Source: an uncultured Clostridia bacterium (GTDB taxonomy: Bacteria > Bacillota > Clostridia > TANB77 > CAG-508). From it: a stretch of 38,500 nt of DNA. The stretch is from positions 1-38,500 of the forward strand of contig CANQLM010000003.1 in NCBI GenBank assembly GCA_947624735.1. The letters are read 5' to 3'. This document shows positions 1 through 10,170 of the stretch, piece after piece. The notes under the pieces were generated by a model, which was given only the letters and a program-made list of their open reading frames with translations, was not told the origin of the DNA and did no database searches. Within the stretch, counting starts at the first letter, position 1; every line of letters starts with the position of its first letter. The position numbers and the translations under genes were made by a program.

Positions 1-116
1 TAGTAGTAATCGCAACTGGAAAATTAGAAAAGAAACTAACTGTTAAAGCAAAGAGATTTACTAAATCTGCTAAGAAACAAATCGAATCTTTAGGCGGAAA
101 AGCAGAGGTGATATAA
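1..116 (+). CDS. rplO: 50S ribosomal protein L15, 3' end (partial)
   Basis: Frame from base 3 reads [37 protein letters not shown] (TAA 114-116), a typical L15 C-terminus directly before secY. Confidence 0.93.
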   Translation, partial: VVIATGKLEKKLTVKAKRFTKSAKKQIESLGGKAEVI

Positions 117-117
117 G

Positions 118-1443
118 TTGTTTAATACTTTAAAAAACGCTTTAAAAACACCTGAAATAAGGAAAAAAATATTATGGACAGTATTACTTTTAGTAATATT
201 TAGATTAGGTTGCTATATTACAATACCAATGGTTGATATAGTAAAATTGCAATCTACAATGAATTCTTATACAAATAGTGTAACAGGATTAATAAATATG
301 ATATCTGGAGGTGCTTTCTCTAGACTTTCAATATTTGCTATGTCAATTACACCTTATATTTCAGCTTCAATAGTTATTCAACTTCTAGGAATGGTTATAC
401 CTGCACTAGAAAGACTAACAAAAGAAGGTGGAGAAGAAGGAAGAAAGAAAATTGATAGATACACAAAATTAGTATCATTATTATTAGCACTAATTGAAGG
501 ATTAGGAATATATCTATCATACAAAAACTCTGGAATATTTGTTGAAGACAGTGCACTTACTGGATTTGTAGTTGTACTTTCATTAATTGCAGGTACATCA
601 CTTCTAATCTGGATTGGAGATAAAATATCTAGCAAAGGAATTGGAAACGGAATTTCAATGCTAATATTTGCAGGTATAGTATCAAGTATGCCACAAGCTG
701 TAACATCTATTGCTAGTTTAGCTTTCCAAGACGGAAAATTTAACACACTAGGACTAATCACTGCTATTTTAATGGCATTAGGAGCATTAGTTTTAGTAGT
801 TGCAGTAATATTTGTTCAACAAGCAGAAAGAAGAGTACCAGTACAATATTCAAAAAGAGTTGTAGGAAGAAGAATGGTTGGAGCACAAAATACTCATATA
901 CCAATTAAGCCAGCAATGGCAAGTGTACTTCCAATAATCTTTGCATCAGCATTTATGTCATTCCCAGGAATGATAATAAGTTTATTTGTAAGAGATATAG
1001 AAACAAAAACAGGTTTTTTAAGAGTACTATATAACTTTTCAATGGCAACATCTTCATCTGCAGTTGGATGGCAATATACAATAATCAATGCAATAGTATA
1101 TGTATTATTAATATTAGGATTTACCTATTTCTACACATATGCTACATTCAACCCAGCTGAAGTTGCAAATAATATAAAACAAAATGGTGGATTTATTCCT
1201 GGAATTAGAGCAGGAAAGCCAACAGCTGATTACTTATCATCAGTTCTATCAAAAATATTATTATTTGGTGGACTATTCTTATCAGCTATAGCAATACTTC
1301 CAATGCTTGCAAGAGTATCAGGATTAAATACAGCATTTGGTGGAACATCAATATTAATCGTAGTTGGTGTTGCAATAGAGTTAGGAGAACAATTACAATC
1401 ACAACTTGTAATGAGACATTATAAAGGATTCTTAGAAAAATAA
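118..1443 (+). CDS. secY: Preprotein translocase subunit SecY
   Basis: Multi-TM protein with SIFAMSITPYISASI, GIGNGIS, GFIPGIRAG, FGGTSILIVVGV motifs; TTG start. Confidence 0.98.
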   Translation: MFNTLKNALKTPEIRKKILWTVLLLVIFRLGCYITIPMVDIVKLQSTMNSYTNSVTGLINMISGGAFSRLSIFAMSITPYISASIVIQLLGMVIPALERLTKEGGEEGRKKIDRYTKLVSLLLALIEGLGIYLSYKNSGIFVEDSALTGFVVVLSLIAGTSLLIWIGDKISSKGIGNGISMLIFAGIVSSMPQAVTSIASLAFQDGKFNTLGLITAILMALGALVLVVAVIFVQQAERRVPVQYSKRVVGRRMVGAQNTHIPIKPAMASVLPIIFASAFMSFPGMIISLFVRDIETKTGFLRVLYNFSMATSSSAVGWQYTIINAIVYVLLILGFTYFYTYATFNPAEVANNIKQNGGFIPGIRAGKPTADYLSSVLSKILLFGGLFLSAIAILPMLARVSGLNTAFGGTSILIVVGVAIELGEQLQSQLVMRHYKGFLEK

Positions 1444-1460
1444 TAAAAGCCTAAAGTTTA

Positions 1461-1682
1461 GAAACTATCCTAATAAATTTTTCTATTATCAATAATTTAA
1501 TAATTTCTCGTGCCTTGTTGTCGCATCGCAATCTAAAGATTGCTTGCTCCAGCTAACGCATATAGCTGTTGTTACGAAAACAAGTTTTCGACAACATCTT
1601 AATTCGCACTTCGTTTGGTCGCTACGCGGCGACTCTAAATTATTAAATTATTTGATAACTAATAAAAATGTAGGATAGTTTC
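1461..1682. repeat. Structured intergenic repeat, copy 1 (multi-stem core inside long inverted repeats)
   Basis: Core 1544-1616 matches 31888-31960 at 71 of 73 nt; flanking arms gaaactatccta (1461-1472)/taggatagtttc (1671-1682) and ttatcaataatttaataattt/aaattattaaattatttgataa. Confidence 0.85.
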
Positions 1683-1719
1683 GTGGAACGGCTTTATTAT
1701 TAAAAAGGAGAGATTTATT

Positions 1720-2376
1720 ATGTATATAATTATGTTAGGTGCGCCAGGAAGTGGCAAAGGTACAATAGGAAACGAGATTTGTAAAAAATATAATTTAACA
1801 CATTTGTCTACAGGAGATATTTTTAGAGATGAAATAAAAAGACAGACAGAATTAGGAAAAAAGGCAAATGAATACATATCAAAAGGAAATTTAGTTCCTG
1901 ATGAAATAACAATAGCTATGGTAGAAGAAAAACTTTCACAGCTTGATAAAGTTTTGCTTGATGGTTTCCCAAGAACTATTAACCAAGCAGAAAAGTTAAA
2001 TGAAATTTTAAATAGAAAAGGAACAAAAGTTACAGCAGTAATTAATTTAAATGTTCCAGATGAAGACATAATTAAAAGAACATCAAGTAGAGTAGTGTGC
2101 TCAAATAAAGAATGTTCAGCAACATTTAATACAATATTTATGCCACCAAAACAAGAAGGAATTTGCGATGTATGTGGTTCTAAATTAATAGTTAGAGATG
2201 ATGATAAACCAGAAACAATAAAGGAAAGATTAAATGTTTACTATAAAAATACAGAACCTTTAATTGATTTCTATAAAGAGCAAGGTTTATTAGAACAAAT
2301 TGATATAGATATTTATTCTCCAACTACTAAGGAAGATACTACAAGAAAAGCATTTGAAATAATAGAAGGAAAATAA
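1720..2376 (+). CDS. adk: Adenylate kinase (Zn-lid type)
   Basis: GAPGSGKGT P-loop, LDGFPR, Cys lid CSNKEC...CDVCG, RDDD. Confidence 0.97.
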   Translation: MYIIMLGAPGSGKGTIGNEICKKYNLTHLSTGDIFRDEIKRQTELGKKANEYISKGNLVPDEITIAMVEEKLSQLDKVLLDGFPRTINQAEKLNEILNRKGTKVTAVINLNVPDEDIIKRTSSRVVCSNKECSATFNTIFMPPKQEGICDVCGSKLIVRDDDKPETIKERLNVYYKNTEPLIDFYKEQGLLEQIDIDIYSPTTKEDTTRKAFEIIEGK

Positions 2377-2377
2377 A

Positions 2378-3148
2378 ATGGTTACGATTAAATCTAAATC
2401 TGAAATAGAAAAAATGCGAGAAGCATGTAGAATAGCAAATCTAGCGCAAAAAGCTGTAGAACAAGCAATAAGACCGGGAATATCAACGTTAGAGTTAGAT
2501 AAAATTGCAGAAAAAGCCATGAGAGAAAATGGTGCCATTCCAGCAGAAAAAGGGTATCCAAGTGGAATGAGAGGAGTACCAGATTTTCCAGGCTCTATAT
2601 GTGCTTCAATAAATGATAATATTATACATGGTATTCCATCAAAAAACATGATATTACTAGAAGGAGATATTATTAGTATTGATTTAGTTGCATACAAAGA
2701 TGGATTTAATGGTGACTGTGCAAGAACTTATACAGTTGGAAATGTTTCGCAAGATGCAAAAAATTTGATAAAAGTAACTAAAGAGGCTTTTTTTGAAGGA
2801 ATAAAATTCGCAAAAAAAGGCTTTAGACTAGGTGACATTAGTCATGCAATAGGAGAATATGTTAATAAAAATGGATATTCTGTAATAAAAGAATTTGAAG
2901 GACATGGAATTGGAAGAGAAATGCATGAAGATCCAGGAATTCCTAACTTTGGCAAAGCAGGTAGAGGTATTAGGCTAGAACCAGGTATGACACTTGCTAT
3001 AGAACCAATGGTAACAGCAGGAAAACCAGACATTGTTCAGGGTGAAGATGGTTGGTCAATTTGGACCTTAGATGAGAGCTTATCAGCTCACTATGAAAAT
3101 ACAATTTTAATTACAGAAAAAGAGCCAGAAATATTGACATTAGTATAA
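2378..3148 (+). CDS. map: Methionine aminopeptidase type I
   Basis: ICASINDNIIHGIP, GDCART, GHGIG, EPM, SAHYENTI motifs; usual position after adk. Confidence 0.97.
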   Translation: MVTIKSKSEIEKMREACRIANLAQKAVEQAIRPGISTLELDKIAEKAMRENGAIPAEKGYPSGMRGVPDFPGSICASINDNIIHGIPSKNMILLEGDIISIDLVAYKDGFNGDCARTYTVGNVSQDAKNLIKVTKEAFFEGIKFAKKGFRLGDISHAIGEYVNKNGYSVIKEFEGHGIGREMHEDPGIPNFGKAGRGIRLEPGMTLAIEPMVTAGKPDIVQGEDGWSIWTLDESLSAHYENTILITEKEPEILTLV

Positions 3149-3222
3149 AAATATTATATAATAACTATTGTGTTATTATCGACTATTATGTCAATAAGCA
3201 AAAATAGGAGGCTTTATAATAT

Positions 3223-3441
3223 ATGTCTAAAGAGGATGTAATTGAAGTAGAAGGTACAGTTTCAGAAGCTTTACCAAATACATTATTCAAAGTAAAATTA
3301 GAAAATGGACATGAAATTTTAGCTCATATTTCTGGAAAATTAAGAATGAACTATATAAAAATTTTACCAGGTGATAAAGTTAAAATTGAACTTTCTCCTT
3401 ATGACCTTAGCAAAGGTAGAATAACATGGAGAGCAAAATAA
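3223..3441 (+). CDS. infA: Translation initiation factor IF-1
   Basis: [11 protein letters not shown]...[18 protein letters not shown]...[13 protein letters not shown]; RBS AGGAGG. Confidence 0.99.
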   Translation: MSKEDVIEVEGTVSEALPNTLFKVKLENGHEILAHISGKLRMNYIKILPGDKVKIELSPYDLSKGRITWRAK

Positions 3442-3541
3442 AATTAACCTAATGAAGTTGAAGTGTGAAGTGAGATGTAAACTACTTTACATTTGACTTC
3501 ACATATCAACCATTAGAAGCAAATATAGGAGGTGTATCAGA

Positions 3542-3655
3542 ATGAAGGTAAGACCATCTGTAAAGAAAATGTGCGATAAGTGCAAAGTAATCAAAAGAAA
3601 AGGTGTAGTTAGAGTAATATGCGAAAATCCAAAGCATAAACAAAGACAAGGATAA
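3542..3655 (+). CDS. rpmJ: 50S ribosomal protein L36 (Zn-binding form); absent from the ORF track
   Basis: Translates [37 protein letters not shown]; RBS AGGAGG upstream. Confidence 0.98.
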   Translation: MKVRPSVKKMCDKCKVIKRKGVVRVICENPKHKQRQG

Positions 3656-3884
3656 TTAATTTTAGATATCAACACAAATCTAGCAAGCGGCTGATTTAGA
3701 TTTGTGTTTATATATATGTCAAAAATTTTCTAAAGACTATTTAAGCAATAATGTATTAATGAAAACCTTTCAAAATTAATATATTCTTTAGTTTAAATAG
3801 TGCATTTCACCTTTAGAAACCTATGACAACACTTTAAAAATTTAAACAAAAACAAAAATTTAACAAAAAGAAAGAGGTGTAAAA

Positions 3885-4256
3885 ATGGCTCGTTTAGCAG
3901 GAGTTGATCTACCTAAAGAAAAAAGAGTAGAAATAGGACTAACATATATTTATGGAATAGGCTTAAAAAGGTCTCAAAAAATACTTAAAGATGCTGGAGT
4001 AAATCCAGACATTAGAGTAAAAGACTTAACAGCAGACCAAGAGCAAGCTATAAGAAAAGCTATGGCTGAATATACTGTTGAGGGTGATTTAAGAAGAGAA
4101 GTAGCTTTAAACATAAAACAATTAGTTGAAATGGGATGCTACAGAGGTATGAGACATAAAAAAGGTCTTCCAGTAAGAGGACAAAGAACAAAAACAAATG
4201 CTCGTACAAGAAAAGGACCAAGAAAATTAGTTAGCAAAAGCAAAGCTGACAAATAA
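3885..4256 (+). CDS. rpsM: 30S ribosomal protein S13
   Basis: [10 protein letters not shown]...[18 protein letters not shown]. Confidence 0.99.
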   Translation: MARLAGVDLPKEKRVEIGLTYIYGIGLKRSQKILKDAGVNPDIRVKDLTADQEQAIRKAMAEYTVEGDLRREVALNIKQLVEMGCYRGMRHKKGLPVRGQRTKTNARTRKGPRKLVSKSKADK

Positions 4257-4283
4257 TTGAATTTTTAGGGAAGGAGAAAAATA

Positions 4284-4685
4284 ATGGCTACAGCAAAAAA
4301 AGAGGCTAAAAAAACAACAAGAAGAAGAGTTAGCAAAAATATAGAAAGTGGTAAAGCACACATTCATTCAAGTTTTAACAATACTATAGTTTCAATAACT
4401 GACGTTCAAGGAAATGTTTTATCTTGGGCAAGTGCTGGAGAACTTGGATTTAAAGGTTCAAGAAAAAGTACACCTTTCGCAGCTGGCGAAGTTGCTGAAA
4501 CAGCAGCTAAATCTGCTATGGAACATGGCCTTAAAACAGTTGAAGTATATGTAAAAGGACCAGGAGCAGGTCGTGAATCTGCAATTAGGTCTTTACAAAC
4601 AGCAGGTCTAGAAATTACATCAATTAAAGATGTAACACCAATTCCACACAATGGATGCAGACCACCAAAAAGAAGAAGAGTTTAA
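4284..4685 (+). CDS. rpsK: 30S ribosomal protein S11
   Basis: [38 protein letters not shown]. Confidence 0.99.
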   Translation: MATAKKEAKKTTRRRVSKNIESGKAHIHSSFNNTIVSITDVQGNVLSWASAGELGFKGSRKSTPFAAGEVAETAAKSAMEHGLKTVEVYVKGPGAGRESAIRSLQTAGLEITSIKDVTPIPHNGCRPPKRRRV

Positions 4686-4745
4686 TCAAAATTTAATTAT
4701 GAAACAAATACAACTAAGCTATAAAAATATGAAAGGAGAAATAAA

Positions 4746-5372
4746 ATGTCAAGATATAAAGACGAAGTTTGCCGTATCTGCCGTAGAGAAGGACAAAAGT
4801 TATTCTTAAAAGGTGAAAGATGCTATTCTGACAAATGTAGTATTAGTAGAAGAAACTATGCTCCAGGACAAAATGGACAGAAAAAAGCAAAACTTTCTGA
4901 ATACGGAACACAATTAAGAGAAAAGCAAAAAACAAAGTCATTCTATGGTGTTGGAGAAAAGCAATTTAGAAAATACTATACAATGGCTACAAAAACTAAA
5001 GGAAAAACAGGTGAAGCTTTATTAACATTATTAGAAAGTAGACTAGATAATGTTGTATATAGACTAGGATTTGCAAGTTCTAGAACTCAAGCTAGAATGC
5101 TTGTAACACATGGTGCATTTGATGTAAATGGAAAGAAAGTTAATATTCCATCTTACTTAATCAAAGCAGGAGATGTAATAAGCGTTAGAGAAATAAAAAA
5201 AGACAACGGAACAATCAAATCAGCATTAGAGTCAAATGAAGCTAGACCAGTTCCAACTTGGCTTGAAAAAGACGCAGAAAAATTAACAGGTAAAGTTGTT
5301 AGATTAGCAGCAAGAGAAGACATTGATTTACCAGTAGAAGAGCATTTAATAGTAGAGCTTTACTCAAAGTAA
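4746..5372 (+). CDS. rpsD: 30S ribosomal protein S4 (Cys-containing N-terminus)
   Basis: [40 protein letters not shown]. Confidence 0.99.
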   Translation: MSRYKDEVCRICRREGQKLFLKGERCYSDKCSISRRNYAPGQNGQKKAKLSEYGTQLREKQKTKSFYGVGEKQFRKYYTMATKTKGKTGEALLTLLESRLDNVVYRLGFASSRTQARMLVTHGAFDVNGKKVNIPSYLIKAGDVISVREIKKDNGTIKSALESNEARPVPTWLEKDAEKLTGKVVRLAAREDIDLPVEEHLIVELYSK

Positions 5373-5420
5373 TATTAATTGTTTTAATTTTAATTTTTAA
5401 TAAATTATTAGGAGGTAAGA

Positions 5421-6368
5421 ATGATAGAATTTGAAAAGCCAAATATTAAGTGTGTAGAGATAGATAAAGTAACTAACTATGGTAAATTCGTATGCGAACC
5501 ATTAGAGAGAGGATACGGAATTACAATAGGTAACTCTTTAAGAAGAATACTACTTTCTTCACTACCAGGAAGCGCTATCAAAAGTGTTAAAATTGAAGGA
5601 GCAGAACATGAATTTACTACAATACCAAATGTTGTAGAAGATGTTCCAGAACTAATTTTAAATTTAAAAATGGTTAGATTTAAATTAGATAAAAATGAAG
5701 AAAAAACACTTAGATTAGACTTTAAAGGTGAAGGTGAAGTTAAGGCTGGAGATATCATTACAGATGGAACTGTAGAAATACTAAATCCTGATTTGCATAT
5801 TGCAACAGTATCAAAAGGTGGTTCTTTACACCTAGATATGGTAGCAGATATGGGAAGAGGATACAATACTGCAGAAAAAAACAAAACTCCAAATCAACCA
5901 ATAGGAGTAATATCAATAGACTCAATCTATTCTCCTGTTAAAAAAGTAAATTATAATGTAGAGAATACTAGAGTTGGACAAATGGTTGATTATGATAAAT
6001 TAACTATCGAATTATGGACAGACGGTAGCTTAGAACCATATGAAGCATTAAGTTTAGCTGCTAAGGTTCTAACAGAACATTTAAAACTATTTGTAGATTT
6101 ATCAGAAACTGCAAAAAATACTCAAATAATGGTTGAAAAAGAAGAAGACCAAAAAGAAAAGACATTAGAAATGCCAATAGAAGAACTTGAATTATCAGTT
6201 AGGTCATTTAACTGCTTAAAGAGGTCAGGAGTATCAACAGTAGGAGATTTGACAAAGAGAACAGAAAATGACATGATGAAAGTTAAAAACCTTGGAAAGA
6301 AATCACTAGAAGAAGTAATTGAAAAATTACATAATCTAGGACTTGATTTAATGAAAGAGGAAGAATAA
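5421..6368 (+). CDS. rpoA: RNA polymerase alpha subunit
   Basis: [25 protein letters not shown]; alpha-[17 protein letters not shown]. Confidence 0.99.
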   Translation: MIEFEKPNIKCVEIDKVTNYGKFVCEPLERGYGITIGNSLRRILLSSLPGSAIKSVKIEGAEHEFTTIPNVVEDVPELILNLKMVRFKLDKNEEKTLRLDFKGEGEVKAGDIITDGTVEILNPDLHIATVSKGGSLHLDMVADMGRGYNTAEKNKTPNQPIGVISIDSIYSPVKKVNYNVENTRVGQMVDYDKLTIELWTDGSLEPYEALSLAAKVLTEHLKLFVDLSETAKNTQIMVEKEEDQKEKTLEMPIEELELSVRSFNCLKRSGVSTVGDLTKRTENDMMKVKNLGKKSLEEVIEKLHNLGLDLMKEEE

Positions 6369-6399
6369 TTTTAACCATATAAATTCTTAAAAAAGGAAG

Positions 6400-6930
6400 G
6401 TGAAAAAAGTGCCAAATAGAAAATTAGGAAGAACAACTGATATACGTTTAGCAATGTTAAAAAGCTTAACATCAGATTTACTTTTACATGAAAAAATTGA
6501 AACTACTGAAGCTAGAGCTAAAGAAGTAAAAGCAATAGCAGATAGTTTAATAGCATTAGCTATTAAAGAAAAAGACAATTTTGAAGAAGTAGAAGTAAAA
6601 GTTGTTAAAGCAAAACTAGATAGCAAAGGTAATAAAGAGACTGAACTAGTAAAAAGCAAAAACGGAAAAGAATTCTTAAAAGTTGTTAAAGAAGAGAAAA
6701 AAGAAAAAAGACAAAAAGATAAACCATCTAGATTAAATGCTAGAAGAAAAATGATGACAAAACTTAATAAAGTTAAAGACAGCGAAGGAAATAAAGTAGA
6801 TTTAACAGATAAATTATTTAATGTAATAGCACCAAAATATGCATCAAGAGTAGGTGGATATACACAAATAATTAAGAAAGGTGCTCGTAGAGGAGACTCA
6901 GCAGAAACTGTTATATTAAAACTAGTTTAA
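6400..6930 (+). CDS. rplQ: 50S ribosomal protein L17 (long form with charged internal insertion)
   Basis: RKLGRT, IETTEARAKE, RVGGYTQIIK...RRGDSA; follows rpoA; exact start uncertain (GTG 6400 or 6409). Confidence 0.95.
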   Translation: MKKVPNRKLGRTTDIRLAMLKSLTSDLLLHEKIETTEARAKEVKAIADSLIALAIKEKDNFEEVEVKVVKAKLDSKGNKETELVKSKNGKEFLKVVKEEKKEKRQKDKPSRLNARRKMMTKLNKVKDSEGNKVDLTDKLFNVIAPKYASRVGGYTQIIKKGARRGDSAETVILKLV

Positions 6931-6932
6931 GA

Positions 6933-6976
6933 AATAAAAAATTGGGGGATTTTAAGATTCTCCTAATTTTTTTATT
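6933..6976 (+). terminator. Intrinsic terminator of the alpha operon
   Basis: aataaaaaattgggggat...attctcctaatttttttatt hairpin with T run after rplQ. Confidence 0.7.
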
Positions 6977-7027
6977 ACTAAAATTAAAAATGAATGGCAA
7001 GTAGTTTAAATTTCTTGTATTCAAAGG

Positions 7028-7056
7028 TTTACAAAATGCTAAATTTAGGGTATAAT
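7028..7056 (+). promoter_or_regulatory. Sigma-A promoter of lysS
   Basis: TTTACA-17 nt-TATAAT. Confidence 0.7.
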
Positions 7057-7085
7057 TAAACATATTGAAAAAAGGAGAAAATAAA

Positions 7086-8600
7086 ATGCAAGAGAATAAT
7101 AATGAAAATGTAGAGGATGTAGAATTAGACATGAACCATCTAATGCAAGTTAGAAGGGAAAAATTAGATAAACTAGTAGCAAGTGGAAAAAATCCATTTG
7201 AAATAACTAAATTTGATAGAACACACACAAGTAAACAAATTGTTGATAACTATGCTGAATTAGAGCAAAAAGATGTAACTGTTGCCGGAAGATTAATGGC
7301 AAAAAGAATAATGGGAAAAGCATCATTTTGCCATATACAAGATGAAAGTGGAAAAATACAAAGTTATGTAAGTATAAACGATTTAGGTGAAGAAAGTTAT
7401 CAAGCATTTAAAGAATATGATATTGGAGATATTATAGGAATAACTGGATTTGTATTTAAAACAAGAACAGAAGAAATTTCTATACATGCAAAAAAAGTTG
7501 TTCTTCTAACTAAATCTCTAAAACCACTTCCTGAAAAATTCCATGGCTTGAAGGATACAGATTTAAGATATAGACAAAGATATGTTGACCTAATAGTAAA
7601 TCCAGAAGTTAAAGATACATTTATTAAAAGAACAATGATTATAAAAGAACTAAGAAAAATATTAGATGAAAAAGGATATTTAGAAGTAGAAACACCTATT
7701 TTAAACAATTTAATAACAGGAGATTCTGCAAGACCATTTGAAACTCATCATCATACTTTAGACTTAGATATGTATTTAAGAATAGCACCAGAGCTTAATT
7801 TAAAAAGATTAATTGTAGGTGGATTTAATAAAGTTTATGAAATATGCAGAAACTTTAGAAATGAAGGAATGGATATAAAACATAATCCTGAGTTTACAAA
7901 TATGGAACTTTACTCTGCATATGAAGATTATAATGACATGATGGATATAACAGAAGAAATCGTTTCAAAATTAGCAATAAAGACAACTGGAAGTACAAAA
8001 ATAACATATCAAGGAACAGAAATAGACTTAACACCACCATGGAATAGAGTAACAATGATAGATGCTATAAAAAATGAAACTGGTATAGATTTTAATTTGA
8101 TAAAAACAAATGAAGAAGCACAAAAAATTGCACAAGAAAAGAATGTAGAACTTGAAGATGGAAAAAAGACAAGAGGCCATATTATAAATGAATTCTTTGA
8201 AACTTTTGTAGAAGAAACATTAATTGAACCAACATTTATAATAGATTATCCAATTGAAGTATCACCTCTTACAAAAAAGAAAAAGGATAACCCAGAACTT
8301 ACAGAAAGATTTGAACTTTATATTGGTGGAAGAGAGTATGCAAATGCATATTCTGAGTTAAATGATCCAATAGACCAATATGAAAGATTAAAGAAGCAAG
8401 CAGAAGCTAGAGCAAATGGAGATGCAGAAGCGGGTATGATGGATGAAGATTTCGTAAATGCTTTAGAGATTGGAATGCCACCAACAGGAGGATTAGGAAT
8501 AGGACTAGATAGATTAATTATGCTTCTTACAGACTCAGCATCAATAAGAGATGTACTATTATTCCCAACTATGAAACCACTTGCTGACAATGGAAAATGA
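7086..8600 (+). CDS. lysS: Lysine--tRNA ligase (class II)
   Basis: [22 protein letters not shown]...[28 protein letters not shown]; start moved to ATG 7086 after AAGGAG. Confidence 0.98.
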   Translation: MQENNNENVEDVELDMNHLMQVRREKLDKLVASGKNPFEITKFDRTHTSKQIVDNYAELEQKDVTVAGRLMAKRIMGKASFCHIQDESGKIQSYVSINDLGEESYQAFKEYDIGDIIGITGFVFKTRTEEISIHAKKVVLLTKSLKPLPEKFHGLKDTDLRYRQRYVDLIVNPEVKDTFIKRTMIIKELRKILDEKGYLEVETPILNNLITGDSARPFETHHHTLDLDMYLRIAPELNLKRLIVGGFNKVYEICRNFRNEGMDIKHNPEFTNMELYSAYEDYNDMMDITEEIVSKLAIKTTGSTKITYQGTEIDLTPPWNRVTMIDAIKNETGIDFNLIKTNEEAQKIAQEKNVELEDGKKTRGHIINEFFETFVEETLIEPTFIIDYPIEVSPLTKKKKDNPELTERFELYIGGREYANAYSELNDPIDQYERLKKQAEARANGDAEAGMMDEDFVNALEIGMPPTGGLGIGLDRLIMLLTDSASIRDVLLFPTMKPLADNGK

Positions 8601-8670
8601 AAATTATGCAAATGTAAACAATGTTGATAAAAAATATTAAAGATATTCACAAACATAGATTAAATGAGGC

Positions 8671-8716
8671 AAACAAAAAACTCTCAACTTTTTAAGTAGA
8701 GAGCTTTTTGTTTTTT
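8671..8716. terminator. Bidirectional terminator between lysS and the convergent cassette
   Basis: aaacaaaaaactctc...gagagctttttgtttt: stem with A run before and T run after. Confidence 0.7.
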
Positions 8717-8726
8717 GTAGATATGC

Positions 8727-9166
8727 TTAAAGGTTAAGCATATCGAGGTAGTAGTCAAAGAGGTTAGTACCAGGGGTAACCATAAGGTCAGGAACCTCTT
8801 TGAGCTTTTGAATTGCTACGGAATCGATCTTAACAGGAGCGGGAGTCGGCACTTTGGCTTCAATACCACCGTAGGTGAAATTAGAACCAAAGACGTTTGA
8901 GTAAAGAGACTCAGGATACATTTTGAACTCCTTTCTCACTTGAAGTCCTAAATCCCATACATCTCCTTGCAAAGTTCACGGCAGTTTCCGGGACGTACCA
9001 CTTTCAAATCAGTAATGCCAGCTTGTTTATCCCGATCATAAGGATTATGAGACGTGGAAACAATGCATGGATAACTGGTAGCAGGCCCTTCAAGTAGCCT
9101 TTCTTTAATCTTTGCAAAACGGTCAGAGATGCTGTCGATGTTTCCGGAATCAGGTAAATAGGGCAT
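8727..9166 (-). pseudogene. GC-richer hypothetical gene split across two overlapping frames (9166-8948 and 8972-8727)
   Basis: ATG 9166 follows AAAGAGGT; has its own promoter and terminator; frames overlap by 25 nt; no recognisable family. Confidence 0.45.
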
Positions 9167-9221
9167 AAAAAAATCTACCTCTTTCAATGTGTATTATTGA
9201 GCAATAATGCTCAATACCTAT

Positions 9222-9250
9222 ATTATAGCACAAAATAGCTAAAAAGTCAA
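9222..9250 (-). promoter_or_regulatory. Sigma-A promoter for the minus-strand cassette
   Basis: Minus strand TTGACT-17 nt-TATAAT with TGn extension. Confidence 0.75.
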
Positions 9251-9336
9251 AAAAATTGCTATTTTCTTGTAAAAATTACTAGTTTTCTTGTAATAAAAAA
9301 TAGTATTAATTATTTATCAAAAATACTTGCAAATAA

Positions 9337-9365
9337 TTGTAATTGAAAATAAATTATGATAAAAT
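9337..9365 (+). promoter_or_regulatory. Sigma-A promoter for the protease-tsaD block
   Basis: TTGTAA-17 nt-TAAAAT with TGn extension. Confidence 0.55.
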
Positions 9366-9426
9366 ACAATAAAAATAAAACGGTAGGAAAGGAGAGCATA
9401 ATAATTAATTATTATGCAAATATTAA

Positions 9427-10170
9427 ATGTTTTTTACTAATTTTTCAAATCCTTGGATGATGTTGTTTTTAATAATTTTAATAGCAGATAATCTAGGATA
9501 TTATTTAAGAACACCAGGGGCATTTCTTGCACTAATTTTATCAATTCCTGGAATTTTAATTGCAATTACATTCCATGAGTTTGCACATGGATGGATGGCA
9601 GATAAATTAGGAGATGATACTCCAAGAATGCAAGGACGACTAACATTAAATCCCTTAAAACATTTAGATCCAATAGGAGCAATTTTACTAATAACAGCAG
9701 GATTTGGATGGGGAAAACCAGTTGAAATCAATCCTAATAATTTTAATAGAACAATAAGTATTAGAAAAGGAAATGCACTAGTATCTTTAGCAGGACCACT
9801 AATGAATTTTATTCTTGCAGTTGTTTTTTCAATAATATATGGATTATTATTAGCCTTTGGAAGAGGATTTTTAGCAACAACTTTAGGAGAAATAATAGAT
9901 GGCGTCATAATATATACAATATCAATAAATGTAGGACTTGGAGTATTTAATTTAATACCACTTCCACCACTTGATGGCTCAAAAATACTTTCAGCATTTT
10001 TACCATCTAAAGCAAGAGCATGGTATGCAAGCCATGAAAGACTATTATATATAATTTTTATAGCAATATGGATTACTCCACTGGCAAGTTTAATAATATC
10101 TCCAGGAATAAAATTAATAAACACAGGATTAATAAAATTAATAAATCTAATAGTAGGATTAGGAGCATAA
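9427..10170 (+). CDS. Site-2 protease family (M50) intramembrane metalloprotease
   Basis: HEFAH zinc motif, GRLTLNPLKHLDPIG, AGPLMN, FNLIPLPPLDG; start codon uncertain. Confidence 0.92.
   Translation: MFFTNFSNPWMMLFLIILIADNLGYYLRTPGAFLALILSIPGILIAITFHEFAHGWMADKLGDDTPRMQGRLTLNPLKHLDPIGAILLITAGFGWGKPVEINPNNFNRTISIRKGNALVSLAGPLMNFILAVVFSIIYGLLLAFGRGFLATTLGEIIDGVIIYTISINVGLGVFNLIPLPPLDGSKILSAFLPSKARAWYASHERLLYIIFIAIWITPLASLIISPGIKLINTGLIKLINLIVGLGA

Noticed and set aside
6570-6730. Charged insertion in ribosomal protein L17
   Set aside because: Long L17 forms are familiar from other Clostridia; frame is intact
118-8600. AGG as a second frameshift trigger
   Set aside because: In-frame AGG occurs at ordinary Arg positions in intact secY, rpsM, rpsK, rpoA and lysS
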